Source: Auanema rhodensis (lineage: Eukaryota; Animalia; Nematoda). From it: 64,000 nt of DNA. Shown here piece after piece: positions 1 through 10,700 of the stretch. Where the stretch lies: assembly GCA_964057225.1 (NCBI GenBank), contig OZ059895.1, forward strand, positions 10,788,001-10,852,000, given 5' to 3'. Below the pieces are notes generated by a model, which was given only the letters and a program-made list of their open reading frames with translations, did no database searches and was not told the origin of the DNA. Made by a program: the position numbers and the translations under genes. Every line of letters begins with the position of its first letter. Position 1 is the stretch's first letter.

Positions 1-1640
1 TTTTTAACAATCATAACACGTTGAAAATACGCCATTCAGCTGATTTTCAATTTTATCTCTTCCGTAATAAATGTTTTCAATTTTCAAGCAGTCTTACTTA
101 GATAGCAAAACCCAAGGCAGCAAATTATCTTTAATCTTGATTCTATATTACAGCTATGAACCAGTAGTTAATGAACCTCCATGGCCGGTTAGTAGTTGGA
201 TCGGAGACGGCTTGGGAAACCCGGGTGGCGTAAACTTTTCAAATTTTTTTAACAATCATAACACGTTGAAAGTACGCCATGCAGCTGATTTTTAATTTTA
301 TCTCTTCCGTAACAAATGTTTCCAATTTTCAAGCAGTTTTACTTAGATAGCTCAACCCAAGGCAGCAAATTATCTTTAATCTTATTTCTATATTACAGTT
401 ATGAACCAGTAGTTAATGAACCTTCATGGCCCGGTTAGTAGTTGGATCGGAGACGGCTTTGGGAATCCCGGATGGCGTAAGCTTTTCAAATTTTTTTAAC
501 AATCATAACACGTTGAAAATACGCCATTCAGCTGATTTTCAATTTTATCTCTTCCGTAATAAATGTTTTCAATTTTCAAGCAGTCTTACTTAGATAGCAA
601 AACCCAAGGCAGCAAATTATCTTTAATCTTGATTCTATATTACAGCTATGAACCAGTAGTTAATGAACCTCCATGGCCGGTTAGTAGTTGGATCGGAGAC
701 GGCTTGGGAATCCCGGATGGCGTAAACTTTTCAAATTTTTTTAACAATCATAACACGTTGAAAGTACGCCATGCAGCTGATTTTTAATTTTATCTCTTCC
801 GTAACAAATGTTTCCAATTTTCAAGCAGTTTTACTTAGATAGCAAAACCCAAGGTAGCAAATTATCTTTAATCTTGATTCTATATTACAGCTATGAACCA
901 GTAGTTAATGAACCTCCATGGCCGGTTAGTAGTTGGATCGGAGACGGCTTGGGAATCCTGGGTGGCGTAAGCTTCTCAAATTTTTTTAACAATCATAACA
1001 CGTTAAAAGTACGCCATGCAGCTGATTTTTAATTTTGTCTCTTCCGTAACAAATTTATTCAATTTTCAAGCAGTTTTACTTAGATAGCTCAAACCACGGC
1101 AGCAAATTATCTTCAATCTTATTTCTATATTACAGTTATGAACCAGTAGTTAATGAACCTTCATGGCCCGGTTAGTAGTTGGATCGGAGACGGCTTTGGG
1201 AATCCCGGATGGCGTAAGCTTTTCAAATTTTTTTAACAATCATAACACGTTGAAAATACGCCATGCAGCTGATTTTTAATTTTATCTGTTCCGTAACAAA
1301 TGTTTTCAATTTTCAAGCAGTTTTACTTAGACAGCTCAACCCAAGGCAGCAAATTATCTTCAGTCTTATTTCTATATTACAGTTATGAACCAGTTGTTAA
1401 TGAACCTTCATGGCTCGGTTAGTAGTTGGATCGGAGACGGCTTGGGAATCCCGGATGGCGTAAACTTTTCAAATTTTTTTAACAATCATAACATGTTGAA
1501 AGTACGCCATGCAGCTGATTTTTAATTTTATCTCTTCCGTAACAAATGTTTCCAATTTTCAAGCAGTTTTACTTAGATAGCTCAACCCAAGGCAGCAAAT
1601 TATCTTTAATCTTATTTCTATATTACAGTTATGAACCAGT

Positions 1641-1712
1641 AGTTAATGAACCTTCATGGCCCGGTTAGTAGTTGGATCGGAGACGGCTTGGGAATCCCGG
1701 GTGGCGTAAGCT
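1641..1712 (+). pseudogene. 5S rRNA-like 3' segment (nt ~50-119; strong from nt ~65). Representative copy; present in every full monomer
   Basis: 1664-1712 gttagtagttggatcggagacggcttgggaatcccgggtggcgtaagct aligns without gaps to the recalled C. elegans 5S nt 71-119 GTTAGTACTTGGATCGGAGACGGCCTGGGAATCCTGGATGTTGTAAGCT at about 43/49. Helix pairing gcccgg/ccgggt is retained. agttaatgaac (1641) is a weaker match to box A AGTTAAGCAAC. Confidence 0.93.
1672..1689 (+). promoter_or_regulatory. 5S internal control region box C-like element (candidate TFIIIA site). Representative copy
   Basis: ttggatcggagacggctt sits at the box C position of the 5S alignment and is unchanged in most monomers. Function is not demonstrated. 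Confidence 0.6.
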
Positions 1713-1726
1713 TTTCAAATTTTTTT
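1712..1726 (+). terminator. RNA polymerase III terminator-like T-runs after the 5S 3' end. Representative copy
   Basis: ttttcaaattttttt (T4 then T7) follows gtaagc directly, where 5S genes carry their oligo-dT terminator. Confidence 0.55.
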
Positions 1727-1767
1727 AACAATCATAACACGTTGAAAGTACGCCATTCAGCTGATTT
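1724..1767 (+). pseudogene. 5S rRNA-like 5' segment (nt ~1-45). Representative copy; present in every full monomer
   Basis: 1724-1756 tttaacaatcataacacgttgaaagtacgccat versus the recalled nematode 5S nt 1-33 GCTTACGACCATATCACGTTGAATGCACGCCAT gives 25/33 without gaps. The following tcagctgattt loosely matches CCCGTCCGATCT. Confidence 0.82.
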
Positions 1768-4700
1768 TCAATTTTATCTCTTCCGTAATAAATGTTTTCA
1801 ATTTTCAAGCAGTCTTACTTAGATAGCAAAACCCAAGGCAGCAAATTATCTTTAATCTTGATTCTATATTACAGCTATGAACCAGTAGTTAATGAACCTC
1901 CATGGCCGGTTAGTAGTTGGATCGGAGACGGCTTGGGAATCCCGGGTGGCGTAAGCTTTTCAAATTTTTTTAACAATCATAACACGTTAAAAGTACGCCA
2001 TGCAGCTGATTTCTAATTTTGTCTCTTCCGTAACAAATTTATTCAATTTTCAAGCAGTTTTACTTAGATAGCTCAAACCACGGCAGCAAATGATCTTCAG
2101 TCTTATTTCTATATTACAGTTATGAACCAGTTGTTAATGAACCTTCATGGCTCGGTTAGTAGTTGGATCGGAGACGGCTTGGGAATCCCGGATGGCGTAA
2201 ACTTTTCAAATTTTTTTAACAATCATAACACGTTGAAAGTACGCCATTCAGCTGATTTTCAATTTTATCTCTTCCGTAATAAATGTTTTCAATTTTCAAG
2301 CAGTTTTACTTAGATAGCTCAAACCACGGCAGCAAATTATCTTCAATCTTATTTCTATATTACAGTTATGAACCAGTAGTTAATGAACCTTCATGGCCCG
2401 GTTAGTAGTTGGATCGGAGACGGCTTGGGAATCCCGGATGGCGTAAACTTTTCAAATTTTTTTAACAATCATAACACGTTGAAAATACGCCATTCAGCTG
2501 ATTTTCAATTTTATCTCTTCCGTAATAAATGTTTTCAATTTTCAAGCAGTCTTACTTAGATAGCAAAACCCAAGGCAGCAAATTATCTTTAATCTTGATT
2601 CTATATTACAGCTATGAACCAGTAGTTAATGAACCTCCATGGCCGGTTAGTAGTTGGATCGGAGACGGCTTGGGAAACCCGGGTGGCGTAAACTTTTCAA
2701 ATTTTTTTAACAATCATAACACGTTGAAAGTACGCCATGCAGCTGATTTTTAATTTTATCTCTTCCGTAACAAATGTTTCCAATTTTCAAGCAGTTTTAC
2801 TTAGATAGCTCAACCCAAGGCAGCAAATTATCTTTAATCTTATTTCTATATTACAGTTATGAACCAGTAGTTAATGAACCTTCATGGCCCGGTTAGTAGT
2901 TGGATCGGAGACGGCTTTGGGAATCCCGGATGGCGCAAGCTTTTCAAATTTTTTTAACAATCATAACACGTTGAAAATACGCCATTCAGCTGATTTTCAA
3001 TTTTATCTCTTCCGTAATAAATGTTTTCAATTTTCAAGCAGTCTTACTTAGATAGCAAAACCCAAGGCAGCAAATTATCTTCAGTCTTATTTCTATATTA
3101 CAGTTATGAACCAGTTGTTAATGAACCTCCATGGCCGGTTAGTAGTTGGATCGGAGACGGCTTGGGAATCCTGGGTGGCGTAAGCTTCTCAAATTTTTTT
3201 AACAATCATAACATGTTGAAAGTACGCCATGCAGCTGATTTTTAATTTTATCTCTTCCGTAACAAATGTTTCCAATTTTCAAGCAGTTTTACTTAGATAG
3301 CTCAACCCAAGGCAGCAAATTATCTTTAATCTTATTTCTATATTACAGTTATGAACCAGTAGTTAATGAACCTTCATGGCCCGGTTAGTAGTTGGATCGG
3401 AGACGGCTTGGGAATCCCGGGTGGCGTAAGCTTTTCAAATTTTTTTAACAATCATAACACGTTGAAAGTACGCCATTCAGCTGATTTTCAATTTTATCTC
3501 TTCCGTAATAAATGTTTTCAATTTTCAAGCAGTCTTACTTAGATAGCAAAACCCAAGGCAGCAATTTATCTTTAATCTTGATTCTATATCACAGCTATGA
3601 ACCAGTAGTTAATGAACCTCCATGGCCGGTTAGTAGTTGGATCGGAGACGGCTTTGGAATCCCGGGTGGCGTAAGCTTTTCAAATTTTTTTAACAATCAT
3701 AACACGTTAAAAGTACGCCATGCAGCTGATTTTTAATTTTGTCTCTTCCGTAACAAATTTATTCAATTTTCAAGCAGTTTTACTTAGATAGCTCAAACCA
3801 CGGCAGCAAATTATCTTCAATCTTATTTCTATATTACAGTTATGAACCAGTAGTTAATGAATCTTCATGGCCCGGTTAGTAGTTGGATCGGAGACGGCTT
3901 TGAGAATCCCGGATGGCGTAAGCTTTTCAAATTTTTTTAACAATCATAACACGTTGAAAATACGCCATTCAGCTGATTTTCAATTTTATCTCTTCCGTAA
4001 TAAATGTTTTCAATTTTCAAGCAGTCTTACTTAGATAGCAAAACCCAAGGCAGCAAATTATCTTTAATCTTGATTCTATATTACAGCTATGAACCAGTAG
4101 TTAATGAACCTCCATGGCCGGTTAGTAGTTGGATCGGAGACGGCTTGGGAAACCCGGGTGGCGTAAACTTTTCAAATTTTTTTAACAATCATAACACGTT
4201 GAAAGTACGCCATGCAGCTGATTTTTAATTTTATCTCTTCCGTAACAAATGTTTCCAATTTTCAAGCAGTTTTACTTAGATAGCTCAACCCAAGGCAGCA
4301 AATTATCTTTAATCTTATTTCTATATTACAGTTATGAACCAGTAGTTAATGAACCTTCATGGCCCGGTTAGTAGTTGGATCGGAGACGGCTTTGGGAATC
4401 CCGGATGGCGTAAGCTTTTCAAATTTTTTTAACAATCATAACACGTTGAAAATACGCCATTCAGCTGATTTTCAATTTTATCTCTTCCGTAATAAATGTT
4501 TTCAATTTTCAAGCAGTCTTACTTAGATAGCAAAACCCAAGGCAGCAAATTATCTTTAATCTTGATTCTATATTACAGCTATGAACCAGTAGTTAATGAA
4601 CCTCCATGGCCGGTTAGTAGTTGGATCGGAGACGGCTTGGGAATCCCGGATGGCGTAAACTTTTCAAATTTTTTCAACAATCATAACACGTTGAAAGTAC

Positions 4701-7700
4701 GCCATGCAGCTGATTTTTAATTTTATCTCTTCCGTAACAAATGTTTCCAATTTTCAAGCAGTTTTACTTAGATAGCAAAACCCAAGGCAGCAAATTATCT
4801 TTAATCTTGATTCTATATTACAGCTATGAACCAGTAGTTAATGAACCTCCATGGCCGGTTAGTAGTTGGATCGGAGACGGCTTGGGAATCCTGGGTGGCG
4901 TAAGCTTCTCAAATTTTTTTAACAATCATAACACGTTAAAAGTACGCCATGCAGCTGATTTTTAATTTTGTCTCTTCCGTAACAAATTTATTCAATTTTC
5001 AAGCAGTTTTACTTAGATAGCTCAAACCACGGCAGCAAATTATCTTCAATCTTATTTCTATATTACAGTTATGAACCAGTAGTTAATGAACCTTCATGGC
5101 CCGGTTAGTAGTTGGATCGGAGACGGCTTTGGGAATCCCGGATGGCGTAAGCTTTTCAAATTTTTTTAACAATCATAACACGTTGAAAATACGCCATGCA
5201 GCTGATTTTTAATTTTATCTGTTCCGTAACAAATGTTTTCAATTTTCAAGCAGTTTTACTTAGACAGCTCAACCCAAGGCAGCAAATTATCTTCAGTCTT
5301 ATTTCTATATTACAGTTATGAACCAGTTGTTAATGAACCTTCATGGCTCGGTTAGTAGTTGGATCGGAGACGGCTTGGGAATCCCGGATGGCGTAAACTT
5401 TTCAAATTTTTTTAACAATCATAACATGTTGAAAGTACGCCATGCAGCTGATTTTTAATTTTATCTCTTCCGTAACAAATGTTTCCAATTTTCAAGCAGT
5501 TTTACTTAGATAGCTCAACCCAAGGCAGCAAATTATCTTTAATCTTATTTCTATATTACAGTTATGAACCAGTAGTTAATGAACCTTCATGGCCCGGTTA
5601 GTAGTTGGATCGGAGACGGCTTGGGAATCCCGGGTGGCGTAAGCTTTTCAAATTTTTTTAACAATCATAACACGTTGAAAATACGCCATTCAGCTGATTT
5701 TCAATTTTATCTCTTCCGTAATAAATGTTTTCAATTTTCAAGCAGTTTTACTTAGATAGCTCAACCCAAGGCAGCAAATTATCTTTAATCTTATTTCTAT
5801 ATTACAGTTATGAACCAGTAGTTAATGAACCTTCATGGCCCGGTTAGTAGTTGGATCGGAGACGGCTTGGGAATCCCGGGTGGCGTAAGCTTTTCAAATT
5901 TTTTTAACAATCATAACACGTTGAAAGTACGCCATTCAGCTGATTTTCAATTTTATCTCTTCCGTAATAAATGTTTTCAATTTTCAAGCAGTCTTACTTA
6001 GATAGCAAAACCCAAGGCAGCAATTTATCTTTAATCTTGATTCTATATCACAGCTATGAACCAGTAGTTAATGAACCTCCATGGCCGGTTAGTAGTTGGA
6101 TCGGAGACGGCTTTGGAATCCCGGGTGGCGTAAGCTTTTCAAATTTTTTTAACAATCATAACACGTTAAAAGTACGCCATGCAGCTGATTTTTAATTTTG
6201 TCTCTTCCGTAACAAATTTATTCAATTTTCAAGCAGTTTTACTTAGATAGCTCAAACCACGGCAGCAAATTATCTTCAATCTTATTTCTATATTACAGTT
6301 ATGAACCAGTAGTTAATGAATCTTCATGGCCCGGTTAGTAGTTGGATCGGAGACGGCTTTGAGAATCCCGGATGGCGTAAGCTTTTCAAATTTTTTTAAC
6401 ATTCATAACACGTTGAAAATACGCCATTCAGCTGATTTTCAATTTTATCTCTTCCGTAATAAATGTTTTCAATTTTCAAGCAGTCTTACTTAGATAGCAA
6501 AACCCAAGGCAGCAAATTATCTTCAGTCTTATTTCTATATTACAGTTATGAACCAGTTGTTAATGAACCTTCATGGCTCGGTTAGTAGTTGGATCGGAGA
6601 CGGCTTGGGAAACCCGGGTGGCGTAAACTTTTCAAATTTTTTTAACAATCATAACATGTTGAAAGTACGCCATGCAGCTGATTTTTAATTTTATCTCTTC
6701 CGTAACAAATGTTTCCAATTTTCAAGCAGTTTTACTTAGAGAGCTCAACCCAAGGCAGCAAATTATCTTTAATCTTATTTCTATATTACAGTTATGAACC
6801 AGTAGTTAATGAACCTTCATGGCCCGGTTAGTAGTTGGATCGGAGACGGCTTTGGGAATCCCGGGTGGCGTAAGCTTTTCAAATTTTTTTAACAATCATA
6901 ACACGTTGAAAGTACGCCATTCAGCTGATTTTCAATTTTATCTCTTCCGTAATAAATGTTTTCAATTTTCAAGCAGTCTTACTTAGATAGCAAAACCCAA
7001 GGCAGCAAATTATCTTTAATCTTGATTCTATATTACAGCTATGAACCAGTAGTTAATGAACCTCCATGGCCGGTTAGTAGTTGGATCGGAGACGGCTTGG
7101 GAATCCCGGGTGGCGTAAGCTTTTCAAATTTTTTTAACAATCATAACACGTTAAAAGTACGCCATGCAGCTGATTTCTAATTTTGTCTCTTCCGTAACAA
7201 ATTTATTCAATTTTCAAGCAGTTTTACTTAGATAGCTCAAACCACGGCAGCAAATTATCTTCAATCTTATTTCTATATTACAGTTATGAACCAGTAGTTA
7301 ATGAACCTTCATGGCCCGGTTAGTAGTTGGATCGGAGACGGCTTTGGGAATCCCGGATAGCGTAAGCTTTTCAAATTTTCTTAACAATCATAACACGTTG
7401 AAAATACGCCATGCAGCTGATTTTTAATTTTATCTGTTCCGTAACAAATGTTTTCAATTTTCAAGCAGTTTTACTTAGACAGCTCAACCCAAGGCAGCAA
7501 ATTATCTTCAGTCTTATTTCTATATTACAGTTATGAACCAGTTGTTAATGAACCTTCATGGCTCGGTTAGTAGTTGGATCGGAGACGGCTTTGGGAATCC
7601 CGGGTGGAGTAAACTTTTCAAATTTTTTTAACAATCATAACACGTTGAAAATACGCCATTCAGCTGATTTTCAATTTTATCTCTTCCGTAATAAATGTTT

Positions 7701-10700
7701 TCAATTTTCAAGCAGTCTTACTTAGATAGCAAAACCCAAGGCAGCAAATTATCTTCAGTCTTATTTCTATATTACAGTTATGAACCAGTTGTTAATGAAC
7801 CTCCATGGCCGGTTAGTAGTTGGATCGGAGACGGCTTGGGAATCCTGGGTGGCGTAAGCTTCTCAAATTTTTTTAACAATCATAACATGTTGAAAGTACG
7901 CCATGCAGCTGATTTTTAATTTTATCTCTTCCGTAACAAATGTTTCCAATTTTCAAGCAGTTTTACTTAGATAGCTCAACCCAAGGCAGCAAATTATCTT
8001 TAATCTTATTTCTATATTACAGTTATGAACCAGTAGTTAATGAACCTTCATGGCCCGGTTAGTAGTTGGATCGGAGACGGCTTGGGAATCCCGGGTGGCG
8101 TAAGCTTTTCAAATTTTTTTAACAATCATAACACGTTGAAAGTACGCCATTCAGCTGATTTTCAATTTTATCTCTTCCGTAATAAATGTTTTCAATTTTC
8201 AAGCAGTCTTACTTAGATAGCAAAACCCAAGGCAGCAATTTATCTTTAATCTTGATTCTATATCACAGCTATGAACCAGTAGTTAATGAACCTCCATGGC
8301 CGGTTAGTAGTTGGATCGGAGACGGCTTTGGAATCCCGGGTGGCGTAAGCTTTTCAAATTTTTTTAACAATCATAACACGTTAAAAGTACGCCATGCAGC
8401 TGATTTTTAATTTTGTCTCTTCCGTAACAAATTTATTCAATTTTCAAGCAGTTTTACTTAGATAGCTCAAACCACGGCAGCAAATTATCTTTAATCTTGA
8501 TTCTATATTACAGCTATGAACCAGTAGTTAATGAACCTCCATGGCCGGTTAGTAGTTGGATCGGAGACGGCTTGGGAAACCCGGGTGGCGTAAACTTTTC
8601 AAATTTTTTTAACAATCATAACACGTTGAAAGTACGCCATGCAGCTGATTTTTAATTTTATCTCTTCCGTAACAAATGTTTCCAATTTTCAAGCAGTTTT
8701 ACTTAGATAGCTCAACCCAAGGCAGCAAATTATCTTTAATCTTATTTCTATATTACAGTTATGAACCAGTAGTTAATGAACCTTCATGGCCCGGTTAGTA
8801 GTTGGATCGGAGACGGCTTTGGGAATCCCGGATGGCGTAAGCTTTTCAAATTTTTTTAACAATCATAACACGTTGAAAATACGCCATTCAGCTGATTTTC
8901 AATTTTATCTCTTCCGTAATAAATGTTTTCAATTTTCAAGCAGTCTTACTTAGATAGCAAAACCCAAGGCAGCAAATTATCTTTAATCTTGATTCTATAT
9001 TACAGCTATGAACCAGTAGTTAATGAACCTCCATGGCCGGTTAGTAGTTGGATCGGAGACGGCTTGGGAATCCCGGATGGCGTAAACTTTTCAAATTTTT
9101 TTAACAATCATAACACGTTGAAAGTACGCCATGCAGCTGATTTTTAATTTTATCTCTTCCGTAACAAATGTTTCCAATTTTCAAGCAGTTTTACTTAGAT
9201 AGCAAAACCCAAGGCAGCAAATTATCTTTAATCTTGATTCTATATTACAGCTATGAACCAGTAGTTAATGAACCTCCATGGCCGGTTAGTAGTTGGATCG
9301 GAGACGGCTTGGGAATCCTGGGTGGCGTAAGCTTCTCAAATTTTTTTAACAATCATAACACGTTAAAAGTACGCCATGCAGCTGATTTTTAATTTTGTCT
9401 CTTCCGTAACAAATTTATTCAATTTTCAAGCAGTTTTACTTAGATAGCTCAAACCACGGCAGCAAATTATCTTCAATCTTATTTCTATATTACAGTTATG
9501 AACCAGTAGTTAATGAACCTTCATGGCCCGGTTAGTAGTTGGATCGGAGACGGCTTTGGGAATCCCGGATGGCGTAAGCTTTTCAAATTTTTTTAACAAT
9601 CATAACACGTTGAAAATACGCCATGCAGCTGATTTTTAATTTTATCTGTTCCGTAACAAATGTTTTCAATTTTCAAGCAGTTTTACTTAGACAGCTCAAC
9701 CCAAGGCAGCAAATTATCTTCAGTCTTATTTCTATATTACAGTTATGAACCAGTTGTTAATGAACCTTCATGGCTCGGTTAGTAGTTGGATCGGAGACGG
9801 CTTGGGAATCCCGGATGGCGTAAACTTTTCAAATTTTTTTAACAATCATAACATGTTGAAAGTACGCCATGCAGCTGATTTTTAATTTTATCTCTTCCGT
9901 AACAAATGTTTCCAATTTTCAAGCAGTTTTACTTAGATAGCTCAACCCAAGGCAGCAAATTATCTTTAATCTTATTTCTATATTACAGTTATGAACCAGT
10001 AGTTAATGAACCTTCATGGCCCGGTTAGTAGTTGGATCGGAGACGGCTTGGGAATCCCGGGTGGCGTAAGCTTTTCAAATTTTTTTAACAATCATAACAC
10101 GTTGAAAGTACGCCATTCAGCTGATTTTCAATTTTATCTCTTCCGTAATAAATGTTTTCAATTTTCAAGCAGTCTTACTTAGATAGCAAAACCCAAGGCA
10201 GCAAATTATCTTTAATCTTGATTCTATATTACAGCTATGAACCAGTAGTTAATGAACCTCCATGGCCGGTTAGTAGTTGGATCGGAGACGGCTTGGGAAT
10301 CCCGGGTGGCGTAAGCTTTTCAAATTTTTTTAACAATCATAACACGTTAAAAGTACGCCATGCAGCTGATTTCTAATTTTGTCTCTTCCGTAACAAATTT
10401 ATTCAATTTTCAAGCAGTTTTACTTAGATAGCTCAAACCACGGCAGCAAATTATCTTCAATCTTATTTCTATATTACAGTTATGAACCAGTAGTTAATGA
10501 ACCTTCATGGCCCGGTTAGTAGTTGGATCGGAGACGGCTTTGGGAATCCCGGATAGCGTAAGCTTTTCAAATTTTCTTAACAATCATAACACGTTGAAAA
10601 TACGCCATGCAGCTGATTTTTAATTTTATCTGTTCCGTAACAAATGTTTTCAATTTTCAAGCAGTTTTACTTAGACAGCTCAACCCAAGGCAGCAAATTA

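Noticed and set aside
154-229. Repeated exon bounded by ttacag and gtaag/gtaaa
   Set aside because: Length varies between 76, 77 and 78 nt among copies with no frame conservation, and GTAAGC is explained as the 5S 3' end. Cryptic splicing in a non-coding transcript cannot be excluded.
340-370. Spliced-leader (SL1) gene linked to 5S, suggested by acccaag and ctcaaac
   Set aside because: Only 7-nt matches to GGTTTAATTACCCAAGTTTGAG on either strand, with no correctly placed donor site or Sm site.
309-398. Spliceosomal intron (gtaac...ttacag) whose removal would restore 5S
   Set aside because: Removing it leaves roughly 30 extra nt between the 5S halves, with T-runs upstream, so a 5S sequence is not rebuilt.
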